The notes under the pieces were generated by a model. The model made no database searches, was not told the DNA's origin, and saw only the letters and a program-made list of their open reading frames with translations. A DNA stretch of 62,881 bases, filler included. It is 11 parts of 11 records of this genome, joined end to end, with 100 filler letters (N's around TTAATTAATTAA, not from the genome) between each part and the next. Parts side by side here need not be neighbours in the genome. Positions count along the whole stretch, not along the records: positions 1 to 4,956 come from SRR15195285_4768; positions 5,057 to 9,338 come from SRR15195285_4787; 9 more parts are not named here. One strand, written 5' to 3'. The position numbers and the translations under genes are program-made. Each line of letters begins with the position of its first letter. The stretch's first letter is position 1. Of the stretch, positions 1 through 9,438 are shown one piece after another.

Positions 1-166
1 TTTCAACCTGGGTACATGCATTTGAAGACCTCCGGATTGTTACTGGGGCGCGCGCCCTGGCGGGTCCGTCGTCTCGACTCTGTGCGCGAGCGCGAGGACG
101 CCTCGGCGCGCGCGCCGCCGGAGCTCTGTGGACGCGTGGGGGTACGTGGTGCAGTGGCTGCCGGCC

Positions 167-1689
167 ATGCCCGCCTTCGATCCACTCGCAGCGAGCTTCA
201 TTAGCGCGTACCTGCTGTTCAGCGGCTTACTACCGCTGGCCAACAAGGCGATCTTCACAATTTTCCCCTTTCCGGTGACGGCGACAGTGATTCAGATTTG
301 CGCAGTGGCAGCCTTGCTGTTGGTGATGACAGGCTGCAGTAGATCTCGTACAAGTGACAGATACGGGAGCACGTGGACAAAAGCACGGCTGCTGCTACTG
401 CCGTCTATGTTCTTCGCGGGTAACATATCACTGACGAACCTTGGTAAAGCCAACTGCTGCTCCCACGCAACGTGATGCAGTTGCTCATCAGCCTCTCGTT
501 GCATCGCATTGCCGTTCAGGTATACACCTGACAGATGTGAATGTCCACATTCTCCTCCGCGCGTCTGAGCTGATCTGGGTGGTGCTACTGAGCGTGGCTG
601 CCAAGCTAGAACCGTGCCCGCCCCGTGATATTAGTGCTGCGTGCGCAGTGCTTATGATTGGTGTGATACTGGTAAGTTGTGGCGCCGGCGGTGAGGTCGG
701 CGCGTCTGCGGTATGCATTACGCTGCTGTCTGCACTGTGCTCCGCCTGCCATGTGATTACAATTCGCCGAGCCATGACAACAATGATGGACTCCGCTCGC
801 CCCAAGATGGCATTGAAGGCACTCGAGCAGGAGGTGGAGCAGGAGGGTGCCGGGGAGCAGATGGGGTTGCTCTCTTCGCCGGAGTCTCACGGACACTCCG
901 GAGAAGAGAGTCTCACGGACCAGGGTAGTCAATGGCATCGTTCGCCGGACCATCAAACATCAACAGCTGGGTACCGTTGTCGTAAGGAGGCCAGTGGGCA
1001 GCCGAGTGACAAACTTCCGTCGGGTAAAGTACCAGAGCTGCTAATGCTCAAGATGCTGCTGTCGATGATCTTCCTTGTACCGGCAGCAGTGCTGGAACAT
1101 GTTCGGTTGAAGGAAGCATCCAGCGACGGCGTCACTGCATGGACAGTGTTGACTGCTTCGGAGAGCAATGTGCTCATGGATGGCATGTACTTCAGCCGCT
1201 CTTGTGCAGTACCAGCGTTGGGTATCGGCGTTCTCTTCACCATGCTTTTTCAAGGTATGATGCTTGCCATGGCAACTCGGATCCGCGCGCTGTCAATAGG
1301 CTTCGTCGCGCAATGTAAGGTGCTCCCGTAAGTGTTTCCATTCGCTCGCCGGCACTTGCTTGAGTCGCCACCCGGTCTCATCAGCATGGAGTGCTAATCC
1401 GTGCTGTGGCCATGCCGCACCGCGTAGGGACTACGCAGCGTCACTACTTGCTGGGGGGCATACACTGCTGATCTGCGGCTGCGACTCGAACGAGCGGCTG
1501 CGGTGCCCCAGTTATCATCGAGAAACAACAGATTTCACCTCGGTGATTTTCTGGCTTCATGCTGCGGGGGCTATATTTGTGCTAAGTGGGGCGCTAGGGT
1601 TTGCACGACTGCGCTTGGGCACGGCACCCGTTGGTAGCAGACCTCAGGGCACTGCCTTGAGTGGGAAAGGGGGCCAATCCAATAGCTAA
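167..1689 (+). CDS. Triose-phosphate/nucleotide-sugar transporter family (DMT superfamily) membrane protein, 3 exons
   Basis: ATG at 167. N-terminus 'LLPLANKAIFTIFPFPVTATVIQ' is typical of TPT/SLC35. GT-AG introns 444-519 and 1328-1427 (GCTAAT branch point) join ORFs 128, 441 and 1360 in frame (NLG|IHL, VLP|DYA). About 10 hydrophobic segments and a long polar central loop. Confidence 0.75.
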
Positions 1690-1893
1690 GTACCCGAAGC
1701 TGTATTCAATCTTTGAGTGTGTATTGGCTTATCCACTTCTTTTCAGCAAGTCTTCATTATTTTGGCACTTCGCATCGTCTGCACGAGAAAGGGCAAGCCT
1801 CGTGTGCGTAGTACTACTGTTCGAATGGAGTTTACTTGCGCAAGGCTCAGGTCGCCGCGCCGCCGCTGAATCACTTCCCAGTATGCCGCGCAA

Positions 1894-4800
1894 TCATCTC
1901 CTGTGATCAAGCTGCGCCAAGTCGGACCCTGGTACCTCAAACTGACAGTATTCGCCGTAAAATCCGCTCCTGCACGTGCAGGTGAAATCGCTAATCACGT
2001 AAAGTGAGCCAGACCGGTGTGGCTGGTTGGGATCTGCTCCATTCCATAGCTCGCACGATGCTCCATTCATGCAAGGAGCGCTTGCGCAAGCACCATCGTC
2101 TACAGAGGGAGGCGAAGGTGGGAGCTCCGGCAGAACCACTGTACTGAACAGATGTTGTGTGCGACCGCAGTGCAGGTCCACCCATGTTGGGCCTGAGAGC
2201 GAAGCACGTCGCAGGATCTGTCCCTGCGCTCTACTAGTGATTATCACTGGGATCGTAATTTCCAAACCAAGCTCCTCCGCCGTCATGCCAGCCCAAGTCG
2301 GATCAATCTCACCAGGATCGCCCACATCCCATGAAATTTTACTGATTGACGGAATGTCGTCGCCGTACATGATGACAGCTGTCGCCCCTACTATCTGTGC
2401 CATCACAACTTTCACCCAAATTTCACACAATTTGTCATCCGATACCACAGCCACTTTGCCACTAACGTCAACTGTACCGTTGTAGCTTAAATGCGAGCAG
2501 CCGTCTGGCTCACTGGGTGCCTCAATCAGCACCTGCTTGTAGCTTGCTGGATCGAAGAAGGCGCTGGTACTTAAGATGGTGGTTTGCAACAGATGCGGAC
2601 TCTCCCCGATCCTGGCGCTGAATGTACCACGCACGATATGATCAGAAGCTTCGTACCCAGGGCCGCTTTGCCACGCTCTGCCAACAGGTGGATCCTCAAC
2701 CGCCAGCTGACAGGTCCCCTGTGCACTTGCTGTATATCCTGAGAAACACATGCACTCATGCTGCCCTGGGAGCACAGACTCGCATACTGACACGGTCGAG
2801 TTGCAATCGTTCTCCTCAGCTGTGCATGGTTGGACCTTTCCAGGACGACGTACATCACAAAGCTCGCCGGACCACCCTGGTTGACAATCACAGACAAAAG
2901 CGAAGGCAGTCTCGCTGGAGTAAGCCCCGTGGCTGCTGGCGCTATCGATACAGACACCATTTGCACAAGGCTTCGAACTGCAGTCTGTCACACCGTGTGG
3001 CGGTGGGTACCACTCAGAGATCGACTCTGCAACGCTCGGTGGCATCGAGAACCATGCCGGCAATTCCACCTTCGCCCGCTCTGGATGCTGCAATGTCATC
3101 CAGTCAAGTTCCAGCTCATCCGTTAACGTACACTGCTCTGTGTGTAAGCCGCAGGTGAAGCTGGCCGTGAACAAGTCTGGACCACTGAGGTCTGAGTTGT
3201 ACTCCAAGTGCGCCGTAGATTGCGCGACGCTGATCGGCTGCGATATCCACCAAGGATCAATGCCGTGGAGAATTGTTTGGGCTTCCGGCGAAAGAGTCGA
3301 ACGACGTTGTTGACCGAGACGGTGACTATGCGATGGAGCGTCATTTCCAAGCAGCTGCTCGTTGGCGTAAGGGTATGAGGAGCCGTCATAGAGAGACAGG
3401 TTGCCGTATCCAACCTTGAACGACGAAAAGGTCAGCACTGGCGATAGCGATTCGTTGTTGCATGCAAGCTCCCAAGTGCACAACCGAGATGCTCCATCGG
3501 CGGCTAGGTTCAGTATACCATCGTCGAGCAAATCGACTCCCTCATCGCACGGAGAATCCAGAACACACGCCCCACCACTGTAGGTCAATTGGCCGGATGG
3601 GTTGCGCGTGCATGTATGCCGCCCACCGTGCATAAAACCAAGCGCACATTCATATGGGCAGCTGCTCCCCTCCGGTGCCGCAGAGCACAACATATTGTCT
3701 ACGACGCCCGTGATGCTGACGGGACCTTGTGCGCACATGTCAGTACTGTCGATCTCGCCACCTGGCCCAGAATCATCTGGCCCGGACCGCAGGAGAGTGC
3801 CTATCACAATCATGCACAGCCCTAAACCTGCAGCACACGCCGCTGTGCTTGCCATGCGTCCCTTCTTCGCAGCGTTTGGTAGAGGTTGCAACTGTGGTGC
3901 TTTCCTCTTCAGTTCATTCACTGAGTGTGCGTGCGCGGCCACTGGATTTTCTTCGCGTGGTGCTGGCCACTCTCCATTTTCGAGCGTGATGCCATCCAAG
4001 TCTGACCCGCTCAGCGGAGGCGTGCACGAGCTGTCTGAGCCGCTATTCCAGTACCCCTCAAGACTAAGCATGTCCTCCACCTCGCCACTGCTCAGCGGAG
4101 GCGGGTGCAAAATGTCTGAGCCACTAGTCCAGTCCGCACCAAGATCAACCATGTCCGTCACCTCGGACCCAGCTGTGAACGACCTGTCTCTGCTGCCATT
4201 CCAGTACCCACCAACAACATGCATGTCATCCGCATCCGACCCGCTCTGTGGAGGTGTGGATGACCTGTCTGAGCTGCTGTCCCATTCATCAAACGCATCG
4301 AAGACACGCACAGCATCATCGATTGCATGAAAATCCAACGACCCTTTCGTCGAAGGTGTCCCTGCGCTGGCAGCGTCAGACGCAGAGCCAGCGCCACCGC
4401 TTTCGGCGTAAGATCCGGACAGCCAATCGATCGTTTCGATCGAGTCCGAATCGGCTTGCGAGTTCTGTGACGCCCCAGGAGATTCAGCCGTCATCATCAT
4501 TTGAGATGGCAGGCTAGCTCGGGTGGCAAACAGGCGAGGATTTGCCGAAAGCCCTGCGTCCACATCGATGGTGGCCCTCGTGTGTCGGCGCGTGGCCGTT
4601 CCTCGCCGGTGCTTGGACGCCACAGAGCGCGAAGCGGCACCACCTCCGGGTGGTAGCTTTCGGGGCATCCCAAGGGCCACATCGGCGAATCCGTCGGATG
4701 CCAGGTCGATGACTCTGGTCGCCGAGGGCGGCGTTAGTTCTGATTCCCCGCTGTCGCTCAGCTGTGCTTCCTCTTGGTCAGGTAGCTCTACCTCAGGCTC

Positions 4801-4956
4801 GTCCTGCGTACCGTCGACAGCGTAAAGGCAAACTTTCTTGTCCTCGACCTCTTTGTCGTCGATCTTGTGCAGCAACGTGAACTGCATGAACTTGAGTGGC
4901 GTACGGCCAGTTTCTTCACGAAAGACACGCCCGTATCTCTTTCGCAAGCCGTGGCT
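1894..4956 (-). CDS. 5'-truncated type II single-pass membrane protein: N-terminal region with bipartite NLS, TM, then Sushi-like, CUB-like, 2 EGF, PA and C-terminal EGF domains
   Basis: Open ORF of >1017 aa running into the spacer. TM 'AACAAGLGLCMIVIGTLL'. EGF motifs 'CSSKPCANGVC..CDCQPGWSGELC' and 'CASAPCMNGASC..CTCRSGFYGEYC'. PA motif 'GKVAVV..CEIWVKVVMAQIVGATAVIMY..ITIPVIITSRAQG'. Confidence 0.75.
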   Translation of the reverse strand, partial: SHGLRKRYGRVFREETGRTPLKFMQFTLLHKIDDKEVEDKKVCLYAVDGTQDEPEVELPDQEEAQLSDSGESELTPPSATRVIDLASDGFADVALGMPRKLPPGGGAASRSVASKHRRGTATRRHTRATIDVDAGLSANPRLFATRASLPSQMMMTAESPGASQNSQADSDSIETIDWLSGSYAESGGAGSASDAASAGTPSTKGSLDFHAIDDAVRVFDAFDEWDSSSDRSSTPPQSGSDADDMHVVGGYWNGSRDRSFTAGSEVTDMVDLGADWTSGSDILHPPPLSSGEVEDMLSLEGYWNSGSDSSCTPPLSGSDLDGITLENGEWPAPREENPVAAHAHSVNELKRKAPQLQPLPNAAKKGRMASTAACAAGLGLCMIVIGTLLRSGPDDSGPGGEIDSTDMCAQGPVSITGVVDNMLCSAAPEGSSCPYECALGFMHGGRHTCTRNPSGQLTYSGGACVLDSPCDEGVDLLDDGILNLAADGASRLCTWELACNNESLSPVLTFSSFKVGYGNLSLYDGSSYPYANEQLLGNDAPSHSHRLGQQRRSTLSPEAQTILHGIDPWWISQPISVAQSTAHLEYNSDLSGPDLFTASFTCGLHTEQCTLTDELELDWMTLQHPERAKVELPAWFSMPPSVAESISEWYPPPHGVTDCSSKPCANGVCIDSASSHGAYSSETAFAFVCDCQPGWSGELCDVRRPGKVQPCTAEENDCNSTVSVCESVLPGQHECMCFSGYTASAQGTCQLAVEDPPVGRAWQSGPGYEASDHIVRGTFSARIGESPHLLQTTILSTSAFFDPASYKQVLIEAPSEPDGCSHLSYNGTVDVSGKVAVVSDDKLCEIWVKVVMAQIVGATAVIMYGDDIPSISKISWDVGDPGEIDPTWAGMTAEELGLEITIPVIITSRAQGQILRRASLSGPTWVDLHCGRTQHLFSTVVLPELPPSPPSVDDGACASAPCMNGASCELWNGADPNQPHRSGSLYVISDFTCTCRSGFYGEYCQFEVPGSDLAQLDHRR
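3965..4290 (-). repeat. About 4 degenerate ~26-aa acidic Ser/Pro repeats (W-x-S-x-S-D-x3-(T/P)PP-x-S-x-S/G-D/E) within the receptor-like ORF
   Basis: EWDSSSDRSSTPPQSGSDADDM / YWNGSRDRSFTAGSEVTDM / DWTSGSDILHPPPLSSGEVEDM / YWNSGSDSSCTPPLSGSDLDGI. DNA echoes such as 'ctgtctgagc', 'ttccagtaccc' and 'gctcagcggaggcg' also recur. Confidence 0.65.
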
Positions 4957-5056
4957 NNNNNNNNNNNNNNNNNNNNNNNNNNNNNNNNNNNNNNNNNNNN
5001 TTAATTAATTAANNNNNNNNNNNNNNNNNNNNNNNNNNNNNNNNNNNNNNNNNNNN
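4957..5056. other. Artificial contig spacer
   Basis: 100 nt of N with central TTAATTAATTAA. Confidence 0.98.
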
Positions 5057-6018
5057 CCCCCCCCCCTTGATGCGCCGGCGGGACAGCAAGCAGCAGCTCC
5101 TCCAGCAGCCCCTCCAGCAGCCCGTCGGTCCTGACCAGCCTAAGCCTAAGCCGCCCAACGGAGAACAGAGCGCACCGGATTACTATGTAAACTTGACTGG
5201 GACACCCACCCTAGAGCACAGCACAGTACAGTGTGGTCATAGTACACACGGTACGGTACAGCTGTACAGTAGATCTAGCGAGGTGGGAACTCTGCCCCTA
5301 CCGTGTGGTCCTTTTGGTATTGTGGTCCCTTCCAAAAGGTACGAAAGTTGAATACAGCTGGAATCGAGTTCCCTACACTGTACGGTGTGTACAGTACACA
5401 CAGCTGTGATCGGAGGATCCCACCAGAGAATTCCTCATCCGATCAGCTGAAATTTCCACATTCCAAATGCCTCGCCGACTGAAAACCGTGATGAGGGGAG
5501 GGCGCTGAGTCAGGGGGAATCCCGGGAATACACTCATCAACTTTTTTTTCCGGGGCGGGGGGGGCTTGGAATCCGGGAGTTCATGGGTGACGGCACGCAC
5601 CAAGACGCCTCGTCATCAAGGTGTTGCATCAGGATCTGCAGACCGGCATCGCTATTTATCCACCGGCGGGTACTTCCCCAGACCACCGGAATCATATTGT
5701 ACCGCCGAGCGCCGTGTCGCGCGGTGCCTGCATGCCTGCTGCTATGCCTCTGGGCTGCGCTGCACTGGGCGTGCGCGGGGTCGCAGCTTCGCTCCCTCCA
5801 GTGCTAGCGCTACCCCCACTGGAATTAGCTCGCAACGCAGCTGCTCGGTCTCCGGCGTAGCTCCTGATTGCTCTACAGCAGGGTGTCCCAGCAGTTTGGC
5901 GTGGTGGTGTGTGGGGGTCCTCCCAGCGCCTCCTCAGTCTGCATACCCCGCTGAGGAGACACACGTAGGAGTTCCTACCCTCGATCGCACCACTGCGATC
6001 TGCGATCTGCGAGAAGCG

Positions 6019-7987
6019 ATGGCCCTTGCGCACGTCGCAGGAGTCGCGCTGATGGTGGTGCTGGGCTGCGCATCCGCTGCCAGCGGCCAGCGGGGCGTGG
6101 CACAGGTTCCGATGCCTCGGCCACGTTCGCTCCGCGAACCGGGCTCGGGGTTCGGCGAGGGCTGGATTGGACCACAGAAGCTGCCACCGTTCTCACCGCC
6201 GATGCCCAAGCAGTTTCCCAGAACCTACGATGTGCAATGGTTTGATCAGCCCGTCGACCACTTTAACCTGCTCCAGCCAGTCGACTCCAAAACGAGGAAG
6301 CGCAAGACGTTCAGGCAGCGGCTCCTGGTGCACAACAAATCCTACGGTGGCGCCGGGTCGCCCGTCATCTTTTACACGGGAGCCGAAGGGAGCGGCGTCG
6401 ACGCAATTTGGGACCACAGTGGCTGGATTGTCGAGCAACTCGCGGCCAATCTGTCTGCTCTAGTTGTCATGGCTGAGCACCGCTTCTTCGGTGCATCGAT
6501 GCCGTTTGGAAACAGCTCCTGCGAGCTCAGTCCACGCTTCAATGCATCGTGCGAGAGCAGCTTCTGGCCGAATGCCAGCCACCTTGGCGTGCTATCTGAG
6601 GAGCAAAGTCTGCAAGATTTTGCGATGGTCGTGCACCACTTGCGCACCGAGCTCGAGGGTGGGTGGGAGTCGCCATTCATCACCCTCGGAGGGTCTCTGG
6701 CTGGCGAAATATCCACCTGGTTCCGCATTCGGTACCCCCATCTGGTAGATATGGCTCTAGCGGCCTCTGCGCCCATCCTCGGATACCCAGGTCTTTCGGA
6801 TGAATATGGCTGGAACCGTGTGGTCACAGAGACGTTCAGGTCGGTCTGTGCCGCTGAGGGTGTGCCTGACGCGGTGGAGTTCATCCGCTCGGGCTTCTCT
6901 GAGCTCGCACTGCTCAGCAGCGCCGATCTGAGCGCACAGTTCAAAACATGCACTCCTGCGAAGAGGCCATGTGATTACCAAGTATTGACAGAGATGGTGG
7001 CTAATTTCGTTGGGCCTGCAGCTGAGTCGGCATATCCTCCCTCTCGTTCCCCTGTTGTGTCAGCGTGCAAGACGATGGTTGGGGCAAAGACTACGCTCCA
7101 GGCCTGGACACAGCTACTAGCGCCAGGGGCGAACGAAACCTGTCTGAATGTGACATGGAAACCGTGAGTTTCACTCAGCACTCGACACCTCATCACACTC
7201 CGTGCAGGCATCATCAGGTTCGAGGCCGTGGCCCATATGCATCTAACCGCCTCGATCTCCTATGTGATTTTGGATTGAACGCAGGTACTGTTACCATACA
7301 GATACGCTTGAGTCTGGTGATGATGGGGGTGAAAAGTCGCCGCTGCAGCTAGAAGGAGCTGCGGGAGTGGCCAAGGTGCAACGAGGGGAGTACTACGGCT
7401 CCGGCAAGCTGGAAACAAACGGCTGGGACTACCTTGCATGCACGACCGAAGTCCACCCAATCGGATCGAACAACGTCACTGACTTTCTTCCTCCAGCGCC
7501 GTTCGACCAGTCCTCCGTTGAGCGATGGTGTCAGGGGATGTTCCAGACGTTTGATCTCAACCAGCCGAAAGGCCTGGAGGATCCGTTCCAAGGCCGGTGG
7601 ACACAGGTGTGGATGGATGCCACTCAGATGCCGTGGGGTTTTCCGATGCCGATCGACAATCAGCGCGCCCAGGTCGACATGCATCAGTTCGTCAGTGGCG
7701 GAGCCTCGAGGATAATTTGGAGCTCTGGCTCACACGACCCGTGGTCTGCACAATCGGTCAACCACTCGCTTTCTGAGGACTTGCTCACTGTCATCATTGA
7801 TGGTGGCGCCCATCACTCGGACCTCGGAGGGCCGTACAACCCCGTCGCTGACGCAGAAACCGACACCCAGTCTCTCATCGCAGCAAGGGAGTTTGAGATG
7901 GCGACACTCTGGAAGTGGTCACAGCAAGTGTCGGCGGAGCGGCGACGACAGGCACAGAGCCAGCCGATCCCACCGTTGCGTTTTTAG
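6019..7987 (+). CDS. Secreted/lysosomal serine peptidase S28 (prolyl carboxypeptidase/DPP7-like), 2 exons
   Basis: Signal peptide from ATG 6019. Motifs 'WFDQPVDHF', 'TFRQR', 'FYTGAEG', 'AEHRFFGASMP', nucleophile 'GGSLAG', 'HDPWS' and 'AHHSDL'. Intron 7164-7284 (GTGAGT..CAG) joins ORFs 5566 and 7367 in frame. Confidence 0.92.
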
Positions 7988-8246
7988 CCTACCGCCTACG
8001 TTCGATGGTGTACGGCGAGATACCTTATAGACCTATATCTTATAGAACTACATTCATATCTTTGCTCAACAGCACGTGCACACAGACCGAAGTCTCTCCT
8101 CAACCTTGGCGGGGCTCGCTAGACGTTAGCCCCTGTCTCGATGTACCCACTGGCACGTCTTCGCCTTCGCCCTGCTGCAGCCGGTCGCTTGGGTTCGGCC
8201 GGCAGTTCTCACAGCAGCCCGCGCAAGGCTATGTTTCGCTGAAGAA

Positions 8247-8504
8247 TCAGCGCGCCACGCCGATAGCGGACCAAGGCGGGCCTTCATCGATCGGCTTTTT
8301 CGACTTGAGCTCGCACACGACCGAGACCACGAGCGTCATCGCCAACCATATCGACGCGAGCTCACAGATGTGCTTGATGAACCCGCCGCCATGCTCTGTC
8401 ACACCCGAGGAGTTGCCGAAGTGTCGCTCTTCAGGCGCGCCGCCAGAGGCGCAGAGCGTGCCGAGCAGCCCGAGGGAGGCAAGCGCTGCGAGCACCACCT
8501 GCAT
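8247..8504 (-). CDS. Small hypothetical membrane protein (85 aa; signal peptide plus one TM)
   Basis: ATG at 8504. 'MQVVLAALASLGLLGTLCA' is signal-like and 'ICELASIWLAMTLVVSVVC' is TM-like, followed by KSKK. Convergent on the S28 gene. Confidence 0.45.
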   Translation of the reverse strand: MQVVLAALASLGLLGTLCASGGAPEERHFGNSSGVTEHGGGFIKHICELASIWLAMTLVVSVVCELKSKKPIDEGPPWSAIGVAR

Positions 8505-9291
8505 CTTCTCCCTCTCTCCCCAGCTCCTCTCGCTTCCACAGTTCCTCTCCCTCTCCGCCCAACTCGCTCCGCACCCCAACTCCCAAGCCGTGCTTCTCTT
8601 CAAGAGCGCAGCTGGCGGCGGATGCGGCCGAACACCATCTCCAGACACCAGCACCCTCGACGGACGGAACCGCAGACTACAACGCCCAGAGACGGACGGA
8701 CCCACACTCCAACCCTCCCTGACCCCTCCGCGTGATCGTTATCGTTACCACTCGAGGCTGCAGTGGTAACGGTATCACTGCGAGCTCCTCAGTCAGTTGA
8801 ATGGGGCCAAAACACGGCGACGACTGCACGGTATTGAAAATCGTAAACTGAGGAGGAACTCAAACTCGAGAAAACCCCAATATTGTGAATGAAACGCTAG
8901 ATGTGAAACATAACAAATTGTCCAACGTATCTAGGATATGAAATGCAAAGAAGGAGAAGTATCGAATTTCTCCTATGAATAGATGTGATCGATCGATCCT
9001 GCGACCCCACCATTTTGCCCCACCCGGCTGTCCTGTGTCCTCAATTTCGACCAGTGCCGCGTAATTGACCGTAATTGAGTAATGTTGCTGCACCAGCAGG
9101 TCCTTGACAACTGGCCGCCATGTCCCGGTTGTCCCTCCGATCCAGGGCTCCATTCACCTGATCCAAACCCAGTGATTTCTCACGCCATCGACCATGCACC
9201 TGAGCGCTGTGACGTACGTGTGAGACCAGGAAATACTGGTTCATGTGAGAACCGCGCGGGATGCAAAAACACTGACGAATGAGCTCTGCAG

Positions 9292-9332
9292 CTGACAATT
9301 GTCAATCAGAATTGACAATGACAATGACAATT
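9292..9332. repeat. Short (TGACAA)n repeat with an inverted copy at the contig end
   Basis: tgacaattgtcaatcagaattgacaatgacaatgacaat. Confidence 0.5.
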
Positions 9333-9338
9333 TCATTT

Positions 9339-9438
9339 NNNNNNNNNNNNNNNNNNNNNNNNNNNNNNNNNNNNNNNNNNNNTTAATTAATTAANNNNNN
9401 NNNNNNNNNNNNNNNNNNNNNNNNNNNNNNNNNNNNNN
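9339..9438. other. Artificial contig spacer
   Basis: 100 nt of N with TTAATTAATTAA. Confidence 0.98.

Noticed and set aside
5566-6018. 150-aa N-terminal extension of the S28 peptidase ORF
   Set aside because: It has a non-ATG start and non-protein-like composition; a signal peptide begins at ATG 6019.
7164-7284. Split S28 ORFs, and other split ORFs, as pseudogenes or frameshifts
   Set aside because: The breaks coincide with canonical GT-AG introns that restore the reading frame.
7915-8769. 284-aa + strand ORF
   Set aside because: Ser/Pro-rich with no motifs; it overlaps the S28 gene end and the more protein-like minus-strand microprotein.
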